From Somniosus microcephalus (lineage: Eukaryota), in assembly GCA_052327205.1 (NCBI GenBank), contig CM126214.1:140244001-140308000 (forward strand): a DNA stretch of 64,000 nt, in the 5' to 3' direction. The notes beneath the pieces were generated by a model. It worked only from the letters and a program-made list of their open reading frames with translations, was not told where the DNA came from and did no database searches. The position numbers were made by a program, and so were the translations under genes. The stretch's first letter is position 1. Each line of letters begins with the position of its first letter. Below, piece after piece: positions 38,416-50,800 of this stretch.

Positions 38416-39128
38416 GGGGTAGAGTTTCTGCTTTCAGCGCAATCAGCAAATTGTGCTCAAAAGTGCGCTAGTTTTCTGAATTGAATTTTTTGCTCAAGTT
38501 TCCACTCTAACTCATTTGCATATAGTCGAACATAAAATCTTCCATGAACCAGTACAATTGGGCAGCGTTTTCGAACGTAATTGTTTATTTCTTTTCTTGC
38601 ATTAAAAAATATACTTTGATATATTTAAGAGTGTTAACCTGGTGCAGTATTATTAATACAACTGAAAATGGGTTTATCACAAAAAATAAGAGTGTCTAGT
38701 CCACTACCTGTGAGTAACCCGATTTTAAATAACTGAAAATGACTTTAAGAAACTATACAGAACCATTCACTGGTATCATTGGTGTACAGTAGTCAGTTTC
38801 TTAGTAAATTAAATAGTTTTTAATATTTAAAAGCTTTTAAAAGGTATCTTATTCGTGTTCTTGTGCTTAAAAAAAGCTTAATTTTAAGAGCCTCCTCGAA
38901 GGCCCGTAAACGGGCGCAATTAGCAGAAACTCGGCATGGTGATTCATTCACACTGAGGGTGTGGTCAGTTTGTGGGCGGGGCTGGCTTCCAGCGCAAAAG
39001 ATCATGGAAACTCGACTTGTGCTAGAGTTAATTTGTGCTTAAAAGTCCTTGATCTTTTGCACTGGTTTGACCAATTTCGGGCGAATTGAGCTGAAAAAAG
39101 CAGCGCAACTTAGCGGAAACTCCAGGCC
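38416..39128. mobile_element. Harbinger-type MITE family D, copy 1
   Basis: Termini GGGGTAGAGTTTC / GAAACTCCAGGCC, TSD ATT. Collinear with 57096-57606. Confidence 0.85.
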
Positions 39129-39412
39129 ATTAAATGCTAGGTGAATAATTACATCCTTGCAGTTAATAATGAATGAGCAATCTCTGAATGGTTTATGTTT
39201 GGATAGGTGAAATGCGGACCAGTAAGTGGTCACCTGGTTGACAATTGACCTGTTCACAATGTTAGTCAATATCCAACGTGCTGTGAATTTGCAGGTCATT
39301 TGGTTCAGATATCTTACACAGGAATAAAATAACTCTGAATTAATGGTATTTTCACATGATGTAGCCCAGTATTATGTTCTTGTTTTGTAAATAGATACTT
39401 TTTTTTTAATAG

Positions 39413-39585
39413 GATTGACTGTGCTGGGATATTGAAGCTGAGAAATGCTGACATCGAGCTGAGGAAAGGGGAGACAGACATCGGCAGGAAGAACACCAGA
39501 GTCAGGCTGGTTTTTCGGGTGCACATTCCTCAGGCCAATGGCAGGGCTCTCTCACTACAGGCTGCTTCCAACCCCATCGAATGCT
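39413..39585 (+). CDS. NFATC2: NFATC2 internal exon (approx. exon 5), Rel-homology domain, 173 nt
   Basis: Acceptor ttttttaatag|G and donor T|gtaagt. Encodes [57 protein letters not shown]. The phase 2 junction GT+G gives Val. Confidence 0.95.
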
Positions 39586-39904
39586 GTAAGTTTTCTTTTA
39601 CATTTATATCTGAAAGTCCATTCAGTGCACGAAATACAGTTGTGACCATAATAGTCTGTGTTTCACTGACTTTTAATTTGAAAGCAAGAGCAAATCCTCT
39701 TTTTATAATGAATCATTCCTGTTAGCTAGTATGTTCCCCGGAATATACTTGACTTGTGTGTTATTGAGTTCATCATGCACACAAATACAACTGTTCTCAA
39801 GGTATAACCCACCCCAATGCTGCCTATCACAGAATACAATGAAACCAGGTATGAAGTACATGGAACGTGACCACATTTTTATTAATGTGTACAATGCAGT
39901 CCAT

Positions 39905-40717
39905 GGGCTGGATTTTCATGTAGGAGGCGGGACTACAACTTTCAGGGTTGTAGTCCCGCCTCCATCGAGTTGTGGCCAGCCCACGTGATTTTCACCTGAT
40001 TGACCTTGTTGAGCCCACCCAGCGGGCTCAGCAGGCCAATTAAGGGCCACCCGGCAACAGGTGACGTCACAGATTGACATTTCATCTGTCAAAAGCTTTT
40101 GACAGATGAAATATCAGTGTTTGACAGCTGTTTGAAGCTGTCAAACACTGACAATCTGTACTCCAAGTTAATTCCTTCCTCTCAGGCTGATTTAGAGATC
40201 TCTCCAGAACAGAAAGCTGAATGCTGCAACTTTTGACAGCTCGCGGCCATTCTGCTTTCTGTGCCGGTGAAATGAGGGACTCCCAAGACCTGAAGGAAGG
40301 AAGGCTGTAAAGGTAAGTAAAACTTATTTAAACACTTTACACACACCAAACACACTTACCTCTGCACTCATGCACCCATCACTCACCTGAACACCGGACA
40401 TCTCGAACCCTCCAAGCCCTTCAGCCCTTGCTAACATGGCGTGGCTTTGAGCCGTCGGGAATCCCACACTTCAGCAATAAAAACAGGGATTAGGCTAAAA
40501 ACTGCCTGTGAACTACTTGTTAACAGACAGTTAATTGGCACTAACCCCCTTCCCGCCTCGGGGAGGCGGGTCCCAGCACAGGTCGGGTATCCGCCTCCTT
40601 TGAAACTGGCATGGAGGCGGGTTGGGGGTGGGATGGGTTTGTGCCCCCCGATTTCAAGATTTTAACCCCCCCACACGCCTCCAATCCCGTCTCCATGGCC
40701 CAATGAAAATCCTGCCC
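39905..40717 (+). mobile_element. Harbinger-type MITE family A, copy 3 (813 bp)
   Basis: TIR GGGCTGGATTTTCAT / ATGAAAATCCTGCCC, TSD CAT. Starts 320 bp downstream of the exon ending at 39585. Confidence 0.93.
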
Positions 40718-41183
40718 CATTTATCTCACCCAATCTTGTAGCCAAATGTAGGTCAGCATAGGGCACGTAGTGATTGGACTGAAGCATTCTTTATTGAAAA
40801 ACATAGGTGAAGGCAGCCATCACCAACAACAACTTATATCTCGCCATTAATGTAGAAAACTGCCCAAAGCCAAGAGCCATAGTGCACCATCAATACTGAA
40901 AAGACTAGATAAAGAAATGGGAGTTAGGTGATAATCAAACTTGAGTTCTAAAAGACACGTCTTGGTTAGCTACAAAATAGCCCCAGCCTATTCAGTCTTT
41001 CCTGATAGTTATAATCTCTCAGTTCTGGTATCACCCATGTGAATCGTTTTTGCATCTTCTCCAATGCCTCTATAGCCTCTACCTTTTGCTTAGATTTAGT
41101 GAATAATGGGACTAAAACTGTGTGTCACACATGAATGTGTGAAACCTGACTTTTAATATGTAATTAACAAGTCAAGAATACAG

Positions 41184-41923
41184 GGCCTAAAGATTCGGTT
41201 GCTTGGTGCCTCCCGTTAGTGCCCTAACAGAGCGCTAACGGGGTGCAAAGCAACTAGTGCCCGGGCGTGGTGCTGCCAACGCCTCCCGCAAAATTCAGCG
41301 GGAGGTTAGCGGCGGCGGTAACCGTCAACGCCCTGGCCACGATCTTCGGTAGCGCCACCTGACTTACCGCCGGACGCTATGTCCGACGGGGTTGGGGGGT
41401 CTACCTGCGGCTGGAGTGGCGCTAATTAAAGGTGAGGTGCCGGGCAGCCATTTTGGTTGCTGGCCGCCTGCCAGCACCTGCCCCCGTTGCCATCCCCGGC
41501 CTCCTCTTCAGCCCCCTCACAGAGTGCCGGCTGCGCTCCATGAGCCCGGCACTTCTCTTGAGTGCCGGGCTCTTTTGCCGGCACTCCGATCCCTGGTGGC
41601 CCAGTTGGGCCTCGGGTCGCGCTGCACAAGGCCCCTGTCCCTTTAAGAAGGGGAGGAAGGCCTGCAGTACCACAGCGCAACGTGCCGTAGAGTGTGGCGC
41701 TGCGGTATGTAGCGCCACGATATTCACTCGCAGCACCCCAAGAGGGAGGCGGGGCGCTTCCAGTAGCACCCCACTTCCCTCTTGTGGCACTACTGATGAA
41801 TTTCGGCCGTGGGGGCGCTAATTTTTTCGGGGCGCAAAAGTAGCGTCCCGGCGAAGTTAGCGCCAAAAATAGCGTCCCGGCGAAGTTAGCGCCCCAAAGT
41901 GGGTGTGACTCAATTTTCCCCCC
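41184..41923. mobile_element. GC-rich Harbinger-type MITE family E
   Basis: TSD CAG. Right end aattttcccccc is the reverse complement of the left end of the 62241 element, and the left ~120 bp is homologous to 62241-62360. Internal duplication tagcgtcccggcgaagttagcgcc x2. Confidence 0.8.
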
Positions 41924-44042
41924 CAGGTCTCTAAAGCCCTACTCATTCCCATATAATGATATTATGATGGGTATAATAATAAAGGTGATTTTCAGTCAAG
42001 TGTGTAGGCTTGCAGTCCCTGCTTTAGTTCTTAGCTTTGTAAATGGAAGTCTGTTGCTTATTAGAGGAAAGAGGAAACTGTTCCGTTGGGACGGGCTTCA
42101 CTTAAACCAGGCTGGGACCAGTGACCTGGTGAACCAAACAACTAGGGCAGTAGACAGGGCTTTAAACTAATGAAGAGAGGGTGGGAGGATTCAGGAAAGA
42201 GTAAATTTAAAAGCAGCTAGTGAAATATGAAGGCTCTAGAGCAGAGTAGCGTTTTGGGTAAAAATAAGCAGAGTGAGTCAGGAAGGGACAGAGAGAGTAA
42301 CAAAGGGAATAAGGCATCAGTGACTAAGGTGACATCAGGGAAAAATAGAAATAAGTCAAAGCTAAAGGCACTATATCTGAATGCGCGAAGCATTCGCAAC
42401 AAAATAGCTGAATTAATAGCACAGATAGAAATTAACAGGCTTGATCTAATAGCCATAACAGAGACGTGGTTGCAAAGTGGCCAAGGTTGGGAACTAAATA
42501 TTCCAGGATACAACTTTTAGAAGAGATAGGCAAAATGGAAAAGGAGGAGGGGTAGCCCTGATAATAAAGGATGGGATAAAGACAGTAGAGAGAAAGGATC
42601 TTAGCTCAGAAAATCAAGAAGTAGAATCAGTTTGGGTGGAGATAAGAAACAGCAAGAGGCGGAGAACATTGGTGGGAGTTGTTTATAGGCCCCCAAACAG
42701 TAGTTGTAATGTAGGGCAGAGTATAATTCAGGAAATTAGAGGCGCACATAACAAGGGTAATACAGTGATCATGGGGGACTTTAATCTACATATAGACTTG
42801 GCAAACCAAATTTGCAGTAATAGTGTGGAGGACGAATTCATGGAATGTATGCAGGATAGTTTTCTAGATCAGTATGTTGAGGAACCAACTAGGGAACAGG
42901 CTATTTTAGATCTAGTATTGTTCAGTGAGAAAGGGTCAATTAATAACCTTATAGTAAAGGGGCCTTTAGGGAAGAGTGGCCTTAATATATGATAGAATTT
43001 TATATTCAGTTTGAAAGTGATTTAGTTAAATCTGAAACTAGGGTCTTAAATCTAAACAAAGCAAACTACACAGGTATGAGGGGTGGGTTGGCTATGGTAG
43101 ATTGGGACACTACATTAAAAGGTATGACAGTAAAGAAGCAATGGCTAGCATTTAAAGAATTAATACATAATTGAAAACAAATATACATTTTTTTAAGGTA
43201 TTAAAACCCCACAAAAATGCAGGTTCAACTGTGGCTAACAAGAGAAGTTAAAGATTGCATTAGGTCAAAGAAAGAGGCTTATAATGTTGCCAAAAAGAGT
43301 AGTAAGCCTGAAGATTGGGAGGATTTTAGAATTCAGCAAAGGAGGACCAAGAAATTGATAAAGAAAGGGAAAATAGAATATGAGAGTAAACTAGTGAGAG
43401 ACATAAAAACAGACTATAAAAGCTTCCATAGGATGTAAAAAGGAAAAGATTAGCGAAAGTAAATGTGGGTCCCTTACAGGCTGAGACAGGAGAAATTATA
43501 ATGGGGAATAAGGAAATGGCAGAGAAATTAAACAAATATTGGGCCATTGGAGCGGGATTGGAGGCGTGTGGGTGGTTAAAATTGCAAAAACTGGCGGGCT
43601 GCCTCCATCCCGCCTCCAAGCAATTTTCATTAAATCGTGTCTAATGGTCCAGTCTCCGTCCGACCTCCAAGAGGCAGGATAGGCCATTAAGGCTCTTAAC
43701 AAGCACTAAATTGCCTCTATAATGCCATTTTGAAACGCCTTTGTGATTTTAACTCTTTTCCCATGTGAAGCACGCCTGTTCTGAAACATGACGGTGAAAC
43801 CTGGCGGTAGCACAATTGGATTGCCGACTATCAGCTGCAGCTCAACCATTAAATAGGAGATTTGATCAGCCATCATTTGCAGGTGCAGGACTTTGCTGTC
43901 TCAGGTCTGGGGGAACTTTTAGAAGGCATAACCACAGCTGTGGAAGTTTGGAGCCTGACACCCATCTCCAGTGTGACCTCCTGGGAAACCCCTCTCGCCA
44001 CCTTGACTGAGCGCTTCCTCAGCTAAGGCATATACCAGAAGC

Positions 44043-45287
44043 ATGGGAGCCATTTATTTCCTTCCCTCCTGGACATCAGATGAGGACGAAGACCAGCCGC
44101 GGCACCAGCAGAACCATGAACAACAGCAGCACCAACAGCAGCTGCACCAACAGGAGCGCCAAGCTGCTGCTCACCCAACTGAAGCTGCACAGGCTAGAAG
44201 GGGTCAGCCCATGGAAGCCTGTCAGCGCAGGAGATACCCCCCAAACAGGATCTACAGACACCGGGTCAGCTACCTCAACATGTCTGAGCAGCAGTGCCAA
44301 AGGCGGCTCCGACTTTCGCGAGAGGTAGTGGGTGACATCTGCGCAATGCTGCAACAAGACCTGCAGCCCAGAGGACCAGGTGGACAGCCCTTACCAGTGG
44401 CCATCAAAGTCACCACTGCACTCAACTTCCTTGCCTCAGGCTCATTCCAGGGATCAGCAGCAGACAACAGCGGCATTTCCCAGGCGGCTGCACACACTTG
44501 CATCACGCAGGTAACCGATGCCCTCTTTGCCATCATGCACAATCTCATCCATTTCACCAAGGATCAAGCAAGTGTCACGGCGCGTGCGGTTGGATTAGCT
44601 AATCTGGCAGGCTTTCCAAGGGTCCAGGGTGTCGTTGACTGCACACATGTGGCCCTTAAGGCACCCCATCGCAATCCAGGTATTTTTGTCAACCGCAAGG
44701 GCTTCCACTCCCTTAACGTTCAGCTGGTGTGTGACCACAGGAAGGAAATTTTGCATCTTTGTGCCAAGTACCCTGGCAGTTGTCATGACTCCTTCAATAC
44801 TGCGCCACTCTAGTGTGCCCCCGCTATTCAGTCCACCAGACCAACTTAACGGATGGCTACTTGGAGACAAGGGCTATCCTCTGAAGACATGGCTACTGAC
44901 GCCGTTGAGGAGGCTAGCCAACGAAGCTGAGGAGCACTACAACTCCAGCCACATTTCCACCAGGTCCATTATTGAGCAAACCATTGATTTGCTGAAGATG
45001 CGCTTCAGACGCCTGGATAGATCAGGTGGAGCCCTACAGTACTAAGCAGCCAAGGTCTCCAGAATCGTCGTAGTTTGCTGTGCACTTCAAACATGGCACA
45101 GCATCGTGGCTTGCAGATTCCTGAGGACCAAGTGGCTCCTCACATATCCTCCTCAGATGAGGAGGAGGAGGAGGAGGAGAGCGAAAACGAACATCTTGCA
45201 GAGGCCCATCAACCAGCGGCAGCAGTACGCGAGAACATTGCTGCCCGGGATGCAAGGAACGCACTCATCTTGGCCAGATTTGCTTAG
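44043..45287 (+). pseudogene. Harbinger (HARBI1-like) DDE transposase, disrupted
   Basis: [46 protein letters not shown]. Frameshift at ~44798, stop at 45043-45, frameshift at ~45090. Confidence 0.9.
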
Positions 45288-45545
45288 CCTAGCCAATCCA
45301 GCACTTTTGCCTCGCAGTTTCTTACCTGAGCATCAACAATGGCCAAGAACCAGCGGATTCCTAGCAATTTGACCACCATACTGACAATTGCAAATAATCC
45401 TAAGCCCTCAATGTGGAAGTCCCAATCGTGAAATGACACACGCCACAACTACAGCAGTAGCCATCAGATTTTTTTATTTACAGGAATCATCTGATGGCTT
45501 TTTAACATAAAACATCAAATTTCACCCAAGTGACTACCCTTGTGA

Positions 45546-47462
45546 CTATTTGTGCAGTATCTTTCTCTTACGCATGCTCCTACATGGTGCTTCCCCTGTG
45601 GCTTCAGCAGATGTGAAGGCCCCTTGCTCACTTTCTTGCAGCTCCTGTCTCGACACCTTTGGCGGGTGTCCTCTGGGGATGCGAGCCTGTGAGGGCTCGC
45701 CAACAGTCTGCTGCTCCTGCAGCTGTGCAGGTGTTGAGATGCCGATCTCAGCTGGGTGTGGACTCTGGTGGGGCTCTGACCGAGGGCTCTGCAGTGGCAT
45801 GGAAGTGTGAGCGCTTGGAGAGGAGCCCCCACTACCTTGATGTCTGCCACCAACTTCCCTCTCATGGGTCAGGTCCCCCTCAGCGCTTGCAAGTGGCTGG
45901 AGAGCACCTTGCTGCACATCAGGGGGGCCATGGGGACCCATATCTGCACTGGCGATCCTACTCAGAAGGACTTCCATGAAGGTCTGGTTTCTCTGTTCAA
46001 TAGATGACCATCGCTCCTCCAGAGATGTCATTCTATTCAGAACACTCACCATGTTTTCTGCACTCTGGTGACTTATCACCTCCATGGAGGTTGCCATGGT
46101 GATGCGTTCATGCGCCAATGACTTCACAAAGGCTCTGCTCATGTTCGCAATCGACTCCTCCATTCGCTTCACACTCGCAGCGACCCTGAAGACAAAACCT
46201 GCTAGAGACTCCTGCATCTGTTCCTGGAGTTCCAGCACCGCTGATCTTGTGGATGGACCCAGAGGCAGAGGGTTGACATGCAGCTGAGCCGAGCTGGGAG
46301 AGTCCTGCGCCCTCTGACTAGGACTCTCCACTGCTGTCCCTGTCTCCACCATCTGCTGATGCTCACTTGTGAGCTGTGATACATCAGGTGTCAACTCTAC
46401 TCTATGTCCCGAAGGTCCCACCGAGGTGTGAGTGTCTGTGTTGGTGCAGGGTGCGCTTAATTCTGCTGACGCTGCACCCTCAGAGGTTGCAGCTTCCTCT
46501 GAGGAGTCTGGAGGCTCAGGCTGTTCCTCCTGGATAGTTGGGATGGGTGCTTGCGATGGTCCTGTGGGGGAGTAAAGGAAAGACTCAGAGATGTGATGCC
46601 AAGGTTACATGCACGTTGCATATTGCAGATGACCATAAGTCCATCTGTTTGAGCTTCAGAATCATTATCAGCGACTCATGCAATGTCAGAGAGAGAGATG
46701 GAAAACTATTCTGTCATCAGCTTGCTGTGATGTGCCCCTCTGTCCGTCCCCCACTTGCGCATCGTCCTCCACTCCCACGATCTCCAGGACCGCATCCTCC
46801 CAGGGTGTGAGGTGGGCTACTGAGGGTGGCCCTCCTCCTGTCCTCGCTCTTTCTCTCTTATTGTGAGCTCTCTTTTTCTGCAATGAGGGAGACAAGTGGA
46901 GGTTGAGTGAGAACGAAGGAGTGAATGTAGAGAATCCATAGCATAGATGCTTAGAAGGAGACAAAGATGGAGTGAGGTGGCAAGACCAAGGGCCCTCCCT
47001 GTGTGTTGTCAGTTGATTTCATAGCATCACAGTGATAGGGAGTGTGAGGGCTGCATAGTCGAATAGTTAGGTGAATGTGAGCATAGAGAGAGAGGGAATG
47101 GGTAAGGGTGCATGGATGTCAGTGTCAAGTGGGATGTGGAGGAAGAGATTGCTAAAGCTGAGTGCTGGTGAGAGGAGAGGCAATGGGGATCAGATTGAAG
47201 GTGATGGGAAATTCATACTCACTTTTCCAGTGCGCAGTAGGTCATGAAATCTCTTCCTGCACTGAATCCAGGTTCTGCGGGTTACTGACAATGAGTTGAC
47301 CTCCTCTGACACCTGGATCCACACAGCCTTGGTTTGCTGGGGAGGCTTCTTCCTCCCTGAAGAAGGGAAGAGCACCTCTTTATGTGCTCTTGCTCCCTCA
47401 ACTAAAGCCTGTAGGGCAACGTCATCGAAGCGGGGTGCAGACCTCGGTCTGTGGCTGGCCAT
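45546..47462 (-). pseudogene. Harbinger Myb/SANT-like DNA-binding protein gene, 3 exons (47462-47223, 46877-46718, 46561-45546; 471 aa if spliced)
   Basis: Exon 1 PRFDD..L..LV...W.........RTWIQCRKRFHDL|gtgagt. Exon 2 cag|KKRAHNKRERARTGGGPP. Exon 3 is open to a basic C-terminus RSMRKRK. Phases 0 and 1 are consistent. The inferred intron-2 donor reads AT instead of GT. Confidence 0.8.
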
Positions 47463-47566
47463 TCTTCCTGCAGGTGCCTCTCACTGCAAAGGCCAAAAGG
47501 TTGGCAGCCTGCAGAAGAAGCAAGACTTGTTGCAGACCTTAAATGCAGCAGCAATGATGACATCAT

Positions 47567-47855
47567 TGATGTGCCTCAATAATTCCGAGACTCGAAGTTA
47601 GCAGAACAAAAACAAGGCTTTTATTAACTTAGAACATAACACGTAAGAGAGAGAGATGTCTTCCTTCTGGAGACTGAGGCCAGACTGAGCCAGCCTACAA
47701 ACGGGGCCAGGTATGGGCGGAGCCCTACACACAGCACATTCCAGTATACAATACAGCACATTCCAGTACACAATACAATGAGGTCTGGGGGAAGGGAAAT
47801 GACACTGAAACCGATCTCAGTCACAGGCAGTGATGATGATGAATATTTCATCACA
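47567..47855 (-). mobile_element. Solo LTR (289 bp) inside the Harbinger
   Basis: TG...CA termini, perfect 5-bp TSD ATCAT (47562-66 / 47856-60), minus-strand AATAAA at 47620-25, internal ~22-bp tandem duplication. Confidence 0.88.
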
Positions 47856-50800
47856 ATCATTGGAGGCGACTTTCAGACTGGAAAAACTCATTGGCCATGG
47901 GTTCCCACACGTTGGAACTCAATTGGCCAATTAAGTTAAAATGGCATCATTTTCCCACATCGATTTAGAATTGTGTGGCTAACACAAAATGCGGATTGCA
48001 CGACCCCAGCCCGCCCCTGTATCAAAATTCAGCCCTTTGTGTCTGTCTTCACGGAAGAAGACGTAAAAAACTTCCCAGAAATGGTGGCGAACCAAGGCTC
48101 TAGCAAGAATGGGGAACTGAATGAAATTAGTATTAGTAAAAAAAAGTACTGGAGAAATGAATGGGACTGAAAGCCAATAAATCCCCTGGACCTGATGGCC
48201 TACATCCCAGGGTTTTGAAAGAGGTGGCTATAGAGATAGTGGATGCATTGGTTGTCATTTTCTAAAATTCCATAGATTCTGGAACGGTTCCTGCGATTTG
48301 GAAGATAGCAAATGTAACCCCACTACTTAAGTAAGGAGGGAGAGCGAAAATGGGAAACTACAGACCAGTTAGCCTGACATCATCAGTAGGGAAAATGCTG
48401 GAATCTATTATTAAGGATGTGGTAACAGGGCACTTAAAAATAATAATAGGATTGGGCAGAGTCAACACAGATTTATGAAAGGGAAATCGTGTTTGACAAA
48501 TCTGTTAGAGTTTTTCGAGGTTGTAACTAGTAGAGTAGATAAGGGGGAACCAGTGGATGTGGTGTATTTGGATTTTCAGAAGGCATTCAATAAAGTGCCA
48601 CACAAGAGGTTATTAAACAAAATTAGTGCTCATGGGATTGGGCATACTAGCATGGATTGAGGATTGGTTAATGGACAGAAAACAGAGAGTAGGAATAAAC
48701 GGGTCATTTTCGAGTTGGCAGGCTGTAACTAGTGGGGTACCGCAAGCCTCAGCTATTCACAATCTACATCAATGATTTGTATGAGTGGACCAAATGGAAT
48801 ATATCCAGGTTTGCTGATGATACAAAGCTGGGTGGGAATTTAAGTTGTGAGGGATGCAAGGAGGCTTCAAGTGGAATATAGACAGGCTAAGTGAGTGGGC
48901 AAGAACATGGTAAATGGAATATAATGTGGAGAAATGTGAAGTTATCTACTTGGGTAGGAAAAATAGAAAAGCAGAGTATTTTAAATGGTAAGAGATTGGG
49001 AAATGTTGGTGTTCAGAGAGGCTTGGGTGTTCTTGTACTCGAATCACTGAAAGTTAACATGCAGGTACAGCAAGCAATTAGGAAAGCAAATGGTATGTTA
49101 GCCTTTATTACAAGAGGATTTGAGTATAAGAGTGAAGACATCTTACTGCAATTATATAGGGCCCTGGTGAGACCAGACCTGGAGTATTGTGTGCAGTTTT
49201 GGTCTCCTTACCTAAGGAATGATATACTTGCCATAGAGGGAGTGCAACAAAGGTTCATCAGACTGGTTCCTGGGATGGGGGGATTGTCCTTTGAGGAGAG
49301 ATTGAGTAGACTAGGCTTATATTCTCCAGAGTTTAGAAGAATGAGAGGTGATCTCATTGAAACATACAAAATTCTTACAGGGCTTGATAGGGTAGATGCA
49401 GGGAGGATGTTTCCCCTGGCTGGAGAGTCTAGAACCAGGGGTCACAGTCTCAGAATAAGGGGTTGGCCATTTAGGACTGAGAGGAGGAGAAATTTCTTCA
49501 CCCAGAGGGTGGTGAATCTTTGGAATTCTCTACCACAGAGGGCTGTGGAGGCACAGTTGTTGAGTATATTCCAGACAGAGATCGATAGATTTTTGAATAT
49601 TTAAGGAATGAAGGGATAAGGGGATAGTGCAGGAAAGTGGAGATGTGGTAGAAATCAGCCATGATCTTATTGAATGGCAGAGCAGGCTCGAAGGCCCAAA
49701 TGGTCTACTCCTGCTCCTATTTCTTATGTTCTTATTAATATCTATACCAGTAACTGCTGGATTGTAATCAATGTATATAATATACTTCTGATCTTTTCAA
49801 GCTGTTACAAACTAATCACAATTTTCCAAATAAATAATTCTTGTAGTATCGCATGCATCTCAAGGCAATTAGAGATAGCCAATAAATGCAGCATTGCCAT
49901 TGTTGCCTATATCCTGAAAACAAATAAAATAAATATGATACTCTGCCTAAATGTCCATCCTTATCTAACTGTATAATAATTAAACAAAAGCAGTTAGATG
50001 GTTAAAAGGAATGCCCTGTGCTATTATTCAAAGGACTGTTGTTGCTACATGAAGTTATTTTCAAGCATGTTAAGTTCCCGGGACAAACTCTACAGTGTTG
50101 GACATTAATAGATATTTTAGCGTAAGCTTTACAAGACAAGGCTCCCGACACAGAGCCTCACTCCCTGAGAGCATGAATCAGAGAATCGGGTGTAGAGGTC
50201 AGCAGTGTGAATTGGGCTGCTGACCTCTGCTTCTGATTCTCCAATTGGCACTCCCAGAAAGCAAGGGTTTGTGCCCAGGAGCCTAAACTCCCACAATTAC
50301 CCCTCTTCTGCAGTACTGACTTATGAAATTCCTTTGCTTTTTCTTTGTAACATTTATTTTGTGAAAAAAAAATCATGAACAGTTGCATTTGTTGACACAC
50401 TTTCACCCAACTATTTGCAAACCTTTTACAATTTTCAGCAAGGTTGAACTCTCTGTTTGGGCTAGTAAGGGTGTCTTGAGGGCAGAAGTCTCTCAGTTCT
50501 CCTTGTGATGCCTACGTGAAAATTCTATATCTTCCTAATTTTTCATTGTTTAACTGAAGATGGTGTCATAATAAAAGGAACTTTTATAACAATGGTGTTG
50601 CAGAAGTGCATGTGATGGGTTCCTGATCTAACACAGAACACCATATGATTGAACCCAACTCCCTAATAGAATATTGAAAAGACAACATGTGCGGTCTGCC
50701 TAACTCCAGCTGTAACACGAGAGGCAAACTGCACATTTTAATTTTCCTACCTCTGTCTTCTATAGAAAATTTCTCGTGCTGAAATCACCTCAGAGAGAGC

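Larger units (their letters stand above)
43541..48035. mobile_element. Formerly autonomous PIF/Harbinger transposon (~4.5 kb), two convergent genes
   Basis: Cleanly interrupts CR1 ORF2. Right TIR aaaattcagccc. Carries a DDE transposase on + and a Myb/SANT gene on -. Confidence 0.92.
42050..49734 (+). mobile_element. Near-full-length CR1 LINE (ORF1 esterase C-terminus + ORF2), split by the Harbinger at 43541-48035
   Basis: WDGLHLN (ORF1 SGNH/esterase motif), YLNARSIRNK..ITETW, GVVYRPP, YLDFQKAF, RPDLEYCVQFWSP, tail ttcttatgttctta. The host joins as aaacaaatatt|ttgtgtctgtcttcac. Confidence 0.93.

Noticed and set aside
44043-45287. Domesticated host gene HARBI1
   Set aside because: Disrupted frame, lies within a TIR-bounded element inserted in a CR1, and is paired with a transposon Myb gene. 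The same reasoning applies to 62751-63872.
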